This document shows, piece by piece, positions 19,431 through 29,020 of a stretch of 64,000 bases of DNA (position 1 is its first letter; each line of letters begins with the position of its first letter). A program made the translations under genes and the position numbers. Where the stretch lies: NCBI GenBank assembly GCA_963730185.1, contig CAVSQW010000007.1, positions 1 through 64,000 of the forward strand. The letters run 5' to 3'. Under the pieces are notes generated by a model. The model was not told the DNA's origin. It ran no database searches and saw only the letters and a list, made by a program, of their open reading frames with translations. Origin of the DNA: an uncultured Gemmatimonadales bacterium. Lineage in GTDB: Bacteria; Gemmatimonadota; Gemmatimonadetes; Gemmatimonadales; GWC2-71-9.

Positions 19431-21185
19431 CGAGTAGGTCCATTGGAGCGGCAGGCCGGCCGATCCCCAGCCGAGCCGGATGCCCGGGGTCAGGTGCCAG
19501 GACCGGTGGACCTCCGGGAGGCTGGCGGCGACCTGCGCCGACCGGAACGCGCCGGTCGCCAGCAGCTCGGCCTCCAGGTCCACGCCGCCCCGCCCGGAAC
19601 GGAGCACCCGGAGCGACCCGCCGACGCTGCCCTGGCCGCGGAGCGAATCCACCCCCCAGGTGACCAGGTCGGCTCCCAGCCGAACCCGCCAGGCCTCGCC
19701 GGTCCGGAGCTCGGCGCCGACCTCGGCGCGAGCGTCGCTGGTGCCCATCGTCCGGAGCTCGGTCCCATCGCCGTCGAAGCGGCGCACGTCCTCGCTCCGG
19801 ACCCGGAGCCTCACCATGGGCGTGAGCTGCGAAGTGCCGCCGCCGGCGTGCCAGAGCGCGGTGCCGAAGACTTCGCGGGCCAGCTTGCCGACCGAGGCCA
19901 GGGCGCTCGCCTCCACGGTGGTCCCGAACGTCTTCCGGGTGAACAGACCGCCCCAGGCCTGGCCGCCCAGCTCGTTGTCGTAGGCCGCCCCGCCCCCGCC
20001 GACCGTGACCGGCGCGGGAATCGGCTGGATCCCGAAGTGCACCGTGTCGGTGCCCCCGGTCGGGTTGAGCCAGACGCCGCGGAAGGCTTCCGCCTCGGCC
20101 AGACCGATCAGGCGCTCTCGAAGTCGAGCCGGGTCGAGCCGGCTTCCCGGGGCCAGTCCGAGCATCCGGGCGAGGAGCAGGCTGTCGGTGGCCGAGCCGG
20201 TCGTGACGGTCCAGGTGCCGAGCGTCCGGGGCAGGGACGGGACCGGAGGTGGGGGACCGTGGGGCAGACACTGGGCCCCGGCCAGGGTCGTGTCGGCCGC
20301 CCGCCGGCCCCGGGCCAGCACCTCCCGGACCGTCTCGGGCGAGAAGTCCAGGCTCTTGAAGTCCTGGACGTCGGGGCGAATGTAGAGGTCGCCGGGGCCG
20401 AACGCGGCCGGCGGCTGCTGGAAGAGGAAAGCGAGCAGCTGGTCGGCCAGTGCCAGCGGCGACTCGACGTCGAGCGAGTCGTCGAGATGCTCCGTCACGT
20501 CCGAGACGATCACCCGGGTGGCGCCGGCCGCCCGGGCTTCGGCCACCGGGATGTTGGCGGAGAGGCCGCCGTCGACCAGGATCGCCCCGTCCTTCACCAC
20601 CGGCGGAAAGACCAGCGGGATCGCGCTGCTGGCCCGGACCGCCATCGCCAGGTCGCCTTCGCTCAGCACCACGGTGCTCCGGTCGCGGAGGTCGGTGGCC
20701 ACGGCGTAGAAGGGAATCGGCAGCCGGCCGAAGTCGCCCCGGGCCAGGAGGTTGCCCTGGAGCATCGCGGCGTTGAGCCGGGCGTTGGGCTCGGATTCGT
20801 TCACCACCCCGGTCTGGAATTCGAACCCGTTCCGACCCTTGACCAGGAAGATGATCGGAATCCGTCGGTCCCAGGGGTGGGGGGTCGTGGTTCGGAAGGT
20901 CCGGACCACTTCGGAGATCGGGAGGCTCCGGACCAGCGAGTCGATCTGGCGGGCGCTGTAGCCGCTGGCGTACATCGCGCCGACGATGGCGCCCATGCTG
21001 GTGCCGACGATCAGGTCGGGCCGAATGCCGAGGCTGTCGAGCGCGCTCAGGAGACCGATGTGCGCCAGCCCTTTGACGCCGCCGCCGCTCAACACCAAGG
21101 CGGTCCGGGCGGGTCGGCACTCCTGGGCCCGGAGCGCGGGCGCGAGTGCAAGGAGGGCCACGAGGCCGAGCGATCGAGCCCGCAT
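19143..21185 (-). CDS. Patatin-like phospholipase fused to a C-terminal outer-membrane beta-barrel (PlpD/type Vd-like)
   Basis: Signal peptide, GGGVKG, GTSMG, DGG, then amphipathic beta-strands ending TPVGPIDLAWG...LYLRLGQWF. Confidence 0.85.
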   Translation of the reverse strand: MRARSLGLVALLALAPALRAQECRPARTALVLSGGGVKGLAHIGLLSALDSLGIRPDLIVGTSMGAIVGAMYASGYSARQIDSLVRSLPISEVVRTFRTTTPHPWDRRIPIIFLVKGRNGFEFQTGVVNESEPNARLNAAMLQGNLLARGDFGRLPIPFYAVATDLRDRSTVVLSEGDLAMAVRASSAIPLVFPPVVKDGAILVDGGLSANIPVAEARAAGATRVIVSDVTEHLDDSLDVESPLALADQLLAFLFQQPPAAFGPGDLYIRPDVQDFKSLDFSPETVREVLARGRRAADTTLAGAQCLPHGPPPPVPSLPRTLGTWTVTTGSATDSLLLARMLGLAPGSRLDPARLRERLIGLAEAEAFRGVWLNPTGGTDTVHFGIQPIPAPVTVGGGGAAYDNELGGQAWGGLFTRKTFGTTVEASALASVGKLAREVFGTALWHAGGGTSQLTPMVRLRVRSEDVRRFDGDGTELRTMGTSDARAEVGAELRTGEAWRVRLGADLVTWGVDSLRGQGSVGGSLRVLRSGRGGVDLEAELLATGAFRSAQVAASLPEVHRSWHLTPGIRLGWGSAGLPLQWTYSLGGVDGFPGAHLGEFRGTREVMGSVAFGYEIKGPIEVRVTSAVGRAWTPGVETPDWLAGVRIGLGADTPVGPIDLAWGLATTGRSALYLRLGQWF

Positions 21186-21279
21186 GGCGGGAAGTTAGCG
21201 GCGTTCATTGCCAAAGCGTCAGGTTGGGTGCATCGTGGAAGCGTCCAACCTTCGCACCACTCCCAATCCGAGGAACCGC

Positions 21280-22755
21280 GTGAAGAACCTCGTCGTCCTG
21301 ACGTCGCTCTCCCTGCTGGCCGCTTGCGGCGGCGGCAGTGCCCAATACGATCTCGTCATCCACGGAGGTCGGGTAATCGACCCCGAGACCAACCTCGACG
21401 CCGTCCGCGACGTCGGCATCCGCGGCGGCCGGATCGCGGTCGTCTCCCCGGGCACCCTCCAGGGCACCCGGGTGATCGACGCCACCGGGCTGGTGGTGGC
21501 GCCCGGCTTCATCGATCTCCATCAGCACCAGCAGGACGCCGCCGGCTACGACGTCAAGGCGATGGACGGCGTCACCACCGCGATGGAGATGGAGACCGGC
21601 GTGCCCGACTACGCCGCGTTCGTCGCCGCGCGGAACGGCACGGCCCGGATCAACTTCGGCGCGACCGCGAGCCAGGAGGCCGCTCGGGTGGTGGCCTGGG
21701 GCGACCAGCTGACCAAGAGCAACATGGGGCCGGCCGCGTCGATCGACGATCCGCCCTCGGGGCCGGCCACCGACGCCCCGCCCACGCCGGAGCAGCTCGA
21801 CCGGGAGCTCTCCTTCCTGGCCACGCAGCTCGACGCCGGGGCGCTCGGGATCGGGATGGGGCTCGAGTACACGCCCGGCGCCACCCGGCTCGAAGTGATC
21901 CGGATGTTCCAGCTGGCCGCCAAGCACCACCTCCCGGTGTTCGTGCACATCAGGAGCTCGGGCAAGATCGAGCCCGGCTCGAGCATCGAGTCGGTGAGCG
22001 AGATGATCGCGGCGAGCGCGATCAGCGGGGCCCCGGTGCACATCGTCCACATCAACTCGAGCTGCTTGGCCGACGCGCCGACCTGTCTGGAGATGATCGC
22101 GGGCGCCCGGGAGCGCGGGCTCGACGTCACCACCGAGGCCTATCCCTACGGCGCCGGGATGACCAGCATCGCCTCGGCGCTGTTCAACCCGGGTTGGCGC
22201 GAGCGGCGGGGGATCGGCTACGCGGACGTGGAGATTCCCGAGACCGGCGAGCGGCTGACCAAGCAGCGGTTCGACGCCCTCCACGGGAGCGCCACCCCGC
22301 AGTACGTCCTGATCCACATGAATCCCGATTCGGTGGTCGACGCCATCATCACCAACCCGATGGTGATGATCGCGAGCGACGGGCTGCCGAGCCACCCGCG
22401 GGGCGCCGGCACCTACGCCCGGATCCTGGGCAAGTACGTCCGCGAGCAGAAGAGCCTGACCATGCTCGACGCGGTGCGGAAGATGTCGCTGATGCCGGCC
22501 CAGCGGCTCGAGATCATCACCGCCGCGGCCAAGCGGAAGGGCCGGGTGCAGGGGGGCGCCGACGCCGATCTGGTGGTCTTCGACCCGGCCACCATCGCCG
22601 ACCAGTCGACCTACCGTTCGCCTCGGACGCCGAGCGTCGGGATGAAGTACGTGCTGGTGGGCGGGACGCTGGTGGTGGACCAGGGCGCGCTGGTGCCGGG
22701 CGCCGCCCCGGGTCAGGCCGTCTCGATCGAGACGGTCGCCCCGCCCGCGCCGTGA
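21280..22755 (+). CDS. Amidohydrolase (N-acyl-D-amino-acid deacylase-like), lipoprotein
   Basis: Lipobox LAAC; APGFIDLHQH, VHIR, HIVH, ASDG, HPRGAGTY, DADLVVFD. Confidence 0.85.
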   Translation: MKNLVVLTSLSLLAACGGGSAQYDLVIHGGRVIDPETNLDAVRDVGIRGGRIAVVSPGTLQGTRVIDATGLVVAPGFIDLHQHQQDAAGYDVKAMDGVTTAMEMETGVPDYAAFVAARNGTARINFGATASQEAARVVAWGDQLTKSNMGPAASIDDPPSGPATDAPPTPEQLDRELSFLATQLDAGALGIGMGLEYTPGATRLEVIRMFQLAAKHHLPVFVHIRSSGKIEPGSSIESVSEMIAASAISGAPVHIVHINSSCLADAPTCLEMIAGARERGLDVTTEAYPYGAGMTSIASALFNPGWRERRGIGYADVEIPETGERLTKQRFDALHGSATPQYVLIHMNPDSVVDAIITNPMVMIASDGLPSHPRGAGTYARILGKYVREQKSLTMLDAVRKMSLMPAQRLEIITAAAKRKGRVQGGADADLVVFDPATIADQSTYRSPRTPSVGMKYVLVGGTLVVDQGALVPGAAPGQAVSIETVAPPAP

Positions 22756-22770
22756 GCGGGCCCGACCAGC

Positions 22771-23691
22771 CTAGCGGCCGCCCTTCCGCCCGAAGAGCCG
22801 GGTCAGGAGCCCGGGCTTCGGGTCGGGCGCGCCGCCCGAGCCCTCCGGCGGGAGGCCCGCCGCCGCACCCGTGAGCTCGTCCGCCAGCGCCGCGGCGCTG
22901 GCGGGCCGCTGGGCCGGATCCTTGGCCAGGGCGCGAAGGATCGGCCCGTCGAAGGCGCTGGGGAGACCCGGGCGAACCGCGCTGGGCGGCGTCGGGCGGT
23001 CCTGCATGTGAGACCGGAGCACCTGCACGAGCGAGGCGTGCACGAACGGGGGCCGGCCGCAGAGCGCCTCGTACAGCACGCACCCCAGTCCATAGAGGTC
23101 CGAGCGGGCGTCGACCTCCGCCGCGCCGGTGATCTGCTCCGGACTCATGTAGGCGGGGGTGCCCAGCGGCATCCCGGTGCCGGTCAGTCGGCCGTCCGTC
23201 TCGAGCGCCCGGGCCAGGCCGAAATCCAGCACCATCCAGCGTCCCTCCGAGCGCATCAGGTTCTCGGGCTTGAGGTCCCGGTGCACCACGCCCCGTCCGT
23301 GGGCGTAGCTCAGCGCGCCGGTCACCTCGGTCGCCAGGGTTAGGACGTCCGCGGCCGGGAGGGGTCCCGCCCGGCGGAGTCGGTCCCGGAGCGACTCGTC
23401 GCTCAGGAGCGGCATCACGTACCAGCAATGGGTCCCCTCCACACCCGAGTCGAGGAGTGACAGGATGTTCGGGTGACGAAGCTGGCTGGTGATCTGGATC
23501 TCGCGGAGGAACCGCTCGGCGTTGGTGGCCGAGGCAAGCTCCGGGGGGAGGACCTTGAGGGCCACGGTGGTGTCGCCGTCGAGGCGGCGAGCCACGTAGA
23601 CCCGGGCCATGGCGCCCCGTGCCAGCTCCCGCTCCACCGTGTATCGCCCCGCCAGCTCCCGGCGGAGCTCCTCCAGGAGCTGCTCGCTCAC
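22771..23691 (-). CDS. Stand-alone Hanks-type Ser/Thr protein kinase
   Basis: VALK, HRDLKPEN, DFG, GTPAYMSPE, DLYGLG; no TM or sensor domain. Confidence 0.93.
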   Translation of the reverse strand: MSEQLLEELRRELAGRYTVERELARGAMARVYVARRLDGDTTVALKVLPPELASATNAERFLREIQITSQLRHPNILSLLDSGVEGTHCWYVMPLLSDESLRDRLRRAGPLPAADVLTLATEVTGALSYAHGRGVVHRDLKPENLMRSEGRWMVLDFGLARALETDGRLTGTGMPLGTPAYMSPEQITGAAEVDARSDLYGLGCVLYEALCGRPPFVHASLVQVLRSHMQDRPTPPSAVRPGLPSAFDGPILRALAKDPAQRPASAAALADELTGAAAGLPPEGSGGAPDPKPGLLTRLFGRKGGR

Positions 23692-24746
23692 TGCACCGTC
23701 ACCTCGTCGGTGATCGCCGCGAGGGCCTCTCGCAGCGCCTCCTGCAGCCGGGCCGCTGGATGCTTCTTGCGGCAGCGGATCCGGTACCGGAGGCTGGCGC
23801 GTCCGCTCCCGTCCGTCCCCTCCTCCTCCAGCCGCCAGGCCTTGGCGTCACGGGCCAGCACCGCCTCGATCGTGGCCTTGAGCCCGGTCCTCGCTTCGGC
23901 CGGCGCGGTCGCGGCGACGATCGTGTCCATCCGGGCTTCGCCGGTGAGGGCCGCCGGGTCGTCGTAGGACTTCTTGTACTGCTTGTTTCGTTGCAGCGCC
24001 TTGTCGGCCAGGGCCTTGAGCTGATCGGGGGTCATCGACTGGAGCAGCTGCTGGTCCAGCTGAGCCACGTACTCGTTGGTCTTGCGGTCGCGGGACATGT
24101 CCTTGGCCAGCCGGACCCGTCGCGCCGCCAGGCGGGGCACCAGCTGTCCCGGTACCCGGGCGAAGTCCGTGACCCAGAGCCCCAGGATGACCAGGTTGAA
24201 GAAGATCGAGGTGGCGAAGGCGACGGAGTAGGCCTGGACCCCGACGGAGAGCCCGATGGCGATGGTCACGAAGATGTAGACCGCGTCCTTGGTGTCGCGG
24301 AGCCGGTGCCGGAAGGCCACCGCGCCGACGATCCCGCCCAGCGAGAAGGCCAGCGGCACGCTGTGCTTGACCAGGATCACGACCGCCGACACCACCACCG
24401 GCAGCATCACCAGGGTCTGCGCCAGCGACTGCTGGAAGCCTCGCTTGTGACGGGCGAAGGTGTAGACCCAAACCACCGGCAGGATGAGCAACAGGGCGCC
24501 GCTCATGGTGAGGAAGGCGGAGGCGAGCGCCCCAGCCGCACCCTCGGTGACCGGTTCGACCCGTTGGCTCAGACTCAGGTCGGCGGCCATGTCGCGCGGA
24601 ATGCCGCTCAGCCGATCGGCGAGCCAGGGGCTCGCGTGCGAGAGGGCGACGTTCGCAACCACCAGCAGGGCGTAGTAGCCCAGCAGGAGAAGCAGCGGCC
24701 GCAGGGCGTGGTCGTTGGCCCCGGATTCGGCGTTGGGATGGGTCAT
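23688..24746 (-). CDS. DUF4956-like membrane protein
   Basis: Several TM segments with AFSLGGIVGAVAFRHRLRDTKD, matching the family pattern (AF.L.G....RFR....D.kD). Confidence 0.75.
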   Translation of the reverse strand: MTHPNAESGANDHALRPLLLLLGYYALLVVANVALSHASPWLADRLSGIPRDMAADLSLSQRVEPVTEGAAGALASAFLTMSGALLLILPVVWVYTFARHKRGFQQSLAQTLVMLPVVVSAVVILVKHSVPLAFSLGGIVGAVAFRHRLRDTKDAVYIFVTIAIGLSVGVQAYSVAFATSIFFNLVILGLWVTDFARVPGQLVPRLAARRVRLAKDMSRDRKTNEYVAQLDQQLLQSMTPDQLKALADKALQRNKQYKKSYDDPAALTGEARMDTIVAATAPAEARTGLKATIEAVLARDAKAWRLEEEGTDGSGRASLRYRIRCRKKHPAARLQEALREALAAITDEVTVQ

Positions 24747-24795
24747 GAGCCTTGAAGATACGCCCATCGCCCCCTCCGGGCGACGGGGCTCCCCT

Positions 24796-25836
24796 CTAGT
24801 GCAGGCCGAGCACCGACTTCGCGATCATCATGTGGACCCCCAGGTTCTCGTCGACCAGCTCGGTGATTCGGAGGTTCCCGGCGATGCTGGCCAGCCGGTA
24901 GGCCTCGACCTCCGAGAGCCCTTTGGCCTCCCGGAGGTACCCGATCATTTCCCGGAGCGCGATCCGGGTGGCCTCGGTCAGGTCGGGATCGGTGCCCATG
25001 GTGATGATCTGGGTGGGCGTTTCGATCCGGGGCCAGGTCAGGTGCATGTCCTTCCGGACCACCAGCTGGAGCCGGCCCCGGAGCGAGGTCTCGATCGCGG
25101 TCTGGTCGACCTCGCCGTCACCCTGCGCGGCGTGGCCGTCGCCCACCTCGAACAGGGCGCCGGGAGCCTGCACCGGGATGAAGAGCGTGGTGCCCGCCAC
25201 CAGCTCGCGGTTGTCGAGATTGCCGGCGTGGCGGCCGGGCGGGTTACTGCTGACCCGGCCGGCCGACGGCGGCGGCGCCACCCCCATGCTGCCGAAGAAG
25301 GGATGGAGGGGGACCACGATCCCGCTCCCGAGCTCGGCGACTCGCCGGACGGTGTCGAGCGCGATGATCCTGGTGCGGGGGTCGCCGCAGGCCTCGGGGA
25401 GGAAGCCCCGGCATCCGTTGTAGCCGTAGCCGATCTTGAAGCCCACCGACAGCACTCGGACCTCGAGCACGTCGCCGGGCTCGGCCCCCTCGACGTAGAT
25501 CGGTCCGGTGAGGATGTGGCCGCCCGGGCCCCGGTCGGTGACCGAGTCGACGATGGCGCGCAGCTCGGGCTCGACCTGGTCCGGCGGCACGCCTGCCGCC
25601 TCCAGCCCCTTGGGCCGGTTGGTGAGCATGGTCTCCACCTCGACGATGTCGCCCGACGCGATCCGGAGGACGGGCTTGGCCGCCGCGCTGTAGTAGCCCC
25701 AGGCGACGGTCGAGGGCGAGGCCGGCAAGCGGTGGACGGCCTGGGCGCCGGCGGGCGAGACGATCGCGGCCGCCAGTCCGAGGGCCACCAGGCGGGATGG
25801 CAACGCCTGGCCGGGTGACCGTCGCGGGAAGCGCAT
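24796..25836 (-). CDS. Acetamidase/formamidase-family protein with signal peptide
   Basis: HILTGPIYVEGAEPGD, PFFGSMGVAP, GNLD, GDGHAAQGDGEV...AIE. Confidence 0.9.
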   Translation of the reverse strand: MRFPRRSPGQALPSRLVALGLAAAIVSPAGAQAVHRLPASPSTVAWGYYSAAAKPVLRIASGDIVEVETMLTNRPKGLEAAGVPPDQVEPELRAIVDSVTDRGPGGHILTGPIYVEGAEPGDVLEVRVLSVGFKIGYGYNGCRGFLPEACGDPRTRIIALDTVRRVAELGSGIVVPLHPFFGSMGVAPPPSAGRVSSNPPGRHAGNLDNRELVAGTTLFIPVQAPGALFEVGDGHAAQGDGEVDQTAIETSLRGRLQLVVRKDMHLTWPRIETPTQIITMGTDPDLTEATRIALREMIGYLREAKGLSEVEAYRLASIAGNLRITELVDENLGVHMMIAKSVLGLH

Positions 25837-25848
25837 GGGGAACACCTT

Positions 25849-27597
25849 TCAGTTGGCACCGGCCGGTGAGGTCGGGGCCGAAGCGTGGGATCGGCCTCCC
25901 GCCGCCAGGTAGACGGCGAGGAAGATCAGGCTGCCGACGCTCGCCGCGGCGCGCACCGGCACCGGAACCGCGCCCGCCGAGACGAACCCCTCGATCAGGC
26001 CGGCGACCAGGAGCATGACCATGGCGGCGGTGACCATCCGGATCCCGACCCGGCCGGCCAGGACCAGGGCGTCGCCCCGGGAGTACTCGCCCGGGGCGAT
26101 GATGGCCCGACCGAGCAGGAACCCGGCTGCTCCGCTCACCCAGATGGCAAAGAGCTCGAGGGCGCCGTGGCCGAGCACGAAGGTCCAGAGATAGCCCAGG
26201 AGGCCCTGGTTCGCGAAGTGGCCGGAGGCGGCGCCGATCTGGAGACCGTTGAAAGCCAGGAGCACCAGCGCCCCCACCCCGACTATGGCACCACCCGCGA
26301 AACAGCGAAAGGCGACGCCGATGTTGTTGGTGATGATGCTGGTGGCCACCAGCGGCCGGGTGCCCTCGGGCGCGTCGAAGTATCCGTGCCCCTGATCGGC
26401 CTCCTCGGCGCCGGCCTGGGCTCGGGCCAGCAGCACGTCGGGGAGGACCTCGTAGGCCAGCGGCGGGTCCTCGCGGAGGGTGAGGTAGCCGGCCAGGGCG
26501 GGGAGGGCGAACACCGTCGCCGCCAGCAGCACCGCCCGCCAGGCGCCCACCACCGCGGCGGGACTCTCTCGGCCAACGAAGCGCCAGGCCGCGGCCCAGG
26601 TCGTCCGCTCCCGGCGATAGAGGGCGTTGTGGCCGGCCGCCACCAGCCGCTCCAGCCGGGCGACCGTCGGCCCGTCGACGCCGTAGGTCCGAGCCCGGGC
26701 CAGGTCGGCCGCGAGCTCGCGATAGCGGGCGGCGAAGTCCAGCAGCTCGTCGGGGCCGAGGCCATCCAAGCCGGTGCGAGCCACCCGATCGGCCAGGGTG
26801 GCGTATTCCTCCCAGCGCTCGCTTTTCCGGGCGACGAAGCGGTCCGCTCCCCGCTGGGCGGTCCCGGCCAGTCGTCCCCGACGCCGCGCCGCCTCCTGGT
26901 GGTAAAGCCGCTCGAGCGCCTCGGCGTCACCGCCGGGCGGCAGATGGCCGGCCAGCCGTTCGGCCACGCCCTGCGCCAGCCGGGTCCGGATCTCGGGCTC
27001 GACCTCGAGGCCCCGCTGGTGAAAACGGGTCAGCAGGGCCCACTCCTCGTCGGCCAGCTCGGGAAGACCGGTGGCGTCCTCGAGCGGGCCCGGGGTGGAG
27101 ACCGGGGCCGCCTCCTCGGGCCGGTCCCGGACCACGATGGTGCCCGCCACCAGATCGCCGACCCGTTTGGCCCGGGGGTGGAACGCCACCAGCACGATGC
27201 CGGTGAAGTAGGGCGGTGGGAGGAAGTCGACGATCCGGAGCAGATTCCGGATCGCGGCGCCGGCCAGGTCGACCGGGTGGCCCGTGTCGTAGACCACCCG
27301 CACGCCGACCATCCGCTTGCCGGGAGTCTGACCGTCGCGGTAGGCTTCGAAGAGCGTGAAGTAACCCCAGACCAGCGCGAACTGGGCGACCACGGCGGCG
27401 ACCCGGGTGAGCCAGCCGTGCACCGGCAGGAGCCCGACCGCCAGCACCACGGCCAGGGCGACCACGCCCAGGATCGCGGTGTCGATCAGGGCCGCCAGTC
27501 CCCGAGAGCCGATCCCGGCCAGCTCGTAGGCCAGGGCGACGTGTTCGGGGGTCTCGACGTCGAGCCGTTGACGCCAGTCCCGGGAAGGCGGGGGCAT
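25849..27597 (-). CDS. RDD-domain + SpoIIM (DUF95) fusion membrane protein
   Basis: N-terminal TPE..LAGIGSR..A.LID, GQTPGK and R.GDLVAGT (RDD); C-terminal IITNNIGVA, FNG, HGALEL, AGLIEGFVS (SpoIIM). Confidence 0.88.
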   Translation of the reverse strand: MPPPSRDWRQRLDVETPEHVALAYELAGIGSRGLAALIDTAILGVVALAVVLAVGLLPVHGWLTRVAAVVAQFALVWGYFTLFEAYRDGQTPGKRMVGVRVVYDTGHPVDLAGAAIRNLLRIVDFLPPPYFTGIVLVAFHPRAKRVGDLVAGTIVVRDRPEEAAPVSTPGPLEDATGLPELADEEWALLTRFHQRGLEVEPEIRTRLAQGVAERLAGHLPPGGDAEALERLYHQEAARRRGRLAGTAQRGADRFVARKSERWEEYATLADRVARTGLDGLGPDELLDFAARYRELAADLARARTYGVDGPTVARLERLVAAGHNALYRRERTTWAAAWRFVGRESPAAVVGAWRAVLLAATVFALPALAGYLTLREDPPLAYEVLPDVLLARAQAGAEEADQGHGYFDAPEGTRPLVATSIITNNIGVAFRCFAGGAIVGVGALVLLAFNGLQIGAASGHFANQGLLGYLWTFVLGHGALELFAIWVSGAAGFLLGRAIIAPGEYSRGDALVLAGRVGIRMVTAAMVMLLVAGLIEGFVSAGAVPVPVRAAASVGSLIFLAVYLAAGGRSHASAPTSPAGAN

Positions 27598-27603
27598 GGG
27601 GCC

Positions 27604-27654
27604 AATGTACGCGGTCGCGCCGGTCTTCCCAAGCGCCTATCGGACCCGCATTGT
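27604..27654. promoter_or_regulatory. Back-to-back sigma70-like promoters sharing the -35 region
   Basis: Minus: TTGGGA(27632-27627)-N17-TACATT(27609-27604)-N6-ATG 27597. Plus: TTCCCA(27626-27631)-N17-CATTGT(27649-27654). Confidence 0.5.
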
Positions 27655-27695
27655 AGTGGCGTCCCCCTAACGCGTCCTCTCCCCGGAGCGTGCCG

Positions 27696-28427
27696 ATGCC
27701 CGCGGAAACCCTTCGTCCCTTGTCGCTGGGTGAGCTGCTCGACGTGTCGTTCGTGCAGTATCGCCAGCTCTTCGCCACGCTGATGGGGGTCACCCTGGTG
27801 ACCAGCGGCCCCTCGGTCCTGATCCGCCTCTACCTCAACCAGTCGGGCGGGGTGTTGGTCCACCCGGTGCTCTGGCTGTTCGCCGCCTTTCTGTCGCTCT
27901 TCCTGAGCGTGATCGGCGTCGGCGCCACCACCCACATCGTCTCCGACAGCTATCTCGGCGAGGAGCTGAGCGTGGGCGCCGCCTTCGCCCGCGTCCTGCC
28001 GATGATCGGTCCGCTCACCGTGTTGTCGGTGCTGTCGAGCATCGCCATCGGCCTGGGGATGATCTTCTTCCTCGTCCCCGGCATCATCATCGGCTGCGGC
28101 CTCGCCGTGGCCACCACCGCGCTGGTGCTCGAGCGGCTCGACGCGGTCGCCGCGATGAAGCGCTCCTGGGCGCTCACCGACGGCTTCCGCTGGAAGATCT
28201 TCGGGGCCCTGGTGGTCGGGTTCGTGCTGCTCCTGATTCCGGGGATGGCCTTCGCCGCCCTGACCTTCATCCCCGGGATCGGCACCCTCCTCGAAGTCGT
28301 CGCCGCGCTGGTCTCGCTGGTGGTGACGCCCTTCCTCTACGTGCTCTTCACCATCCTCTACTATGATCTCCGGGTCCGGAAGGAAGGCTTCGACCTCGAG
28401 ATGCTCACCAAGCACGTGAGAGGATGA
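27696..28427 (+). CDS. Membrane protein of the MoxR cluster (GDPD-membrane-domain-like)
   Basis: LRPLSLGELLD N-terminus, multiple TM helices, YYDLRVRKEGFDL C-terminus. Confidence 0.8.
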   Translation: MPAETLRPLSLGELLDVSFVQYRQLFATLMGVTLVTSGPSVLIRLYLNQSGGVLVHPVLWLFAAFLSLFLSVIGVGATTHIVSDSYLGEELSVGAAFARVLPMIGPLTVLSVLSSIAIGLGMIFFLVPGIIIGCGLAVATTALVLERLDAVAAMKRSWALTDGFRWKIFGALVVGFVLLLIPGMAFAALTFIPGIGTLLEVVAALVSLVVTPFLYVLFTILYYDLRVRKEGFDLEMLTKHVRG

Positions 28428-29020
28428 TCGACGATCGGTTCCGCGCGGCGCTCGACTCGGTCTTTGCCGGCCCGGCCTATCGCTGGGAGGAGCGGCCGGA
28501 TCCGTTCGCGGTGTTCGGCCGGATCTGGCAGGCGTTCATCGACTGGCTGATTGCGCTCTGGACCCGGAGTCCGCTGGTCTTCGACGTCGTGGCCTGGACG
28601 CTCGCCGGCCTGCTGGTGGTGGTCGCTGTCCGGGCCGCCTGGGTCCTGATTGGGCAGTTCCGGGCCCCGCTCGAGCGGGCGGCGCCGGCTCCGGCGGACG
28701 CCGCCGCCCGGGGGCCCGGCTGGTTTCGGCGCGAGGCGGCCCGGCTTCGCGAGGAGGGGCGCTGGCTCGAGGCCATGCAGGCCGACTTCCACGCCCTGCT
28801 GCTGGAGCTCGACGCCCGGCGGCTGGTCCGCTATCACCCAGCCAAAACGCCGCAGGAATACGTCGGCGAAGCCGCCCTGGACGAGGCCGGCCGAGCCCGC
28901 CTCCGCGACCTGGTCTGGACCCTCTACCGGCACCAGTTCGGGCGTGATCCCGTGACCCCCGCGATCGCCGAGGCGTGGCGGGAGCTCACCGGGCCGGACC
29001 GCTATGCGCCGGCGCACTGA
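28424..29020 (+). CDS. DUF4129-like protein
   Basis: One TM helix then A....G....A and KTPQEY motif; ATGA-coupled within the MoxR cluster. Confidence 0.72.
   Translation: MIDDRFRAALDSVFAGPAYRWEERPDPFAVFGRIWQAFIDWLIALWTRSPLVFDVVAWTLAGLLVVVAVRAAWVLIGQFRAPLERAAPAPADAAARGPGWFRREAARLREEGRWLEAMQADFHALLLELDARRLVRYHPAKTPQEYVGEAALDEAGRARLRDLVWTLYRHQFGRDPVTPAIAEAWRELTGPDRYAPAH

Noticed and set aside
25849..27597. SpoIIM as evidence of sporulation
   Set aside because: The domain name is historical, it is common in non-sporulating MoxR clusters, and the organism has outer-membrane genes.
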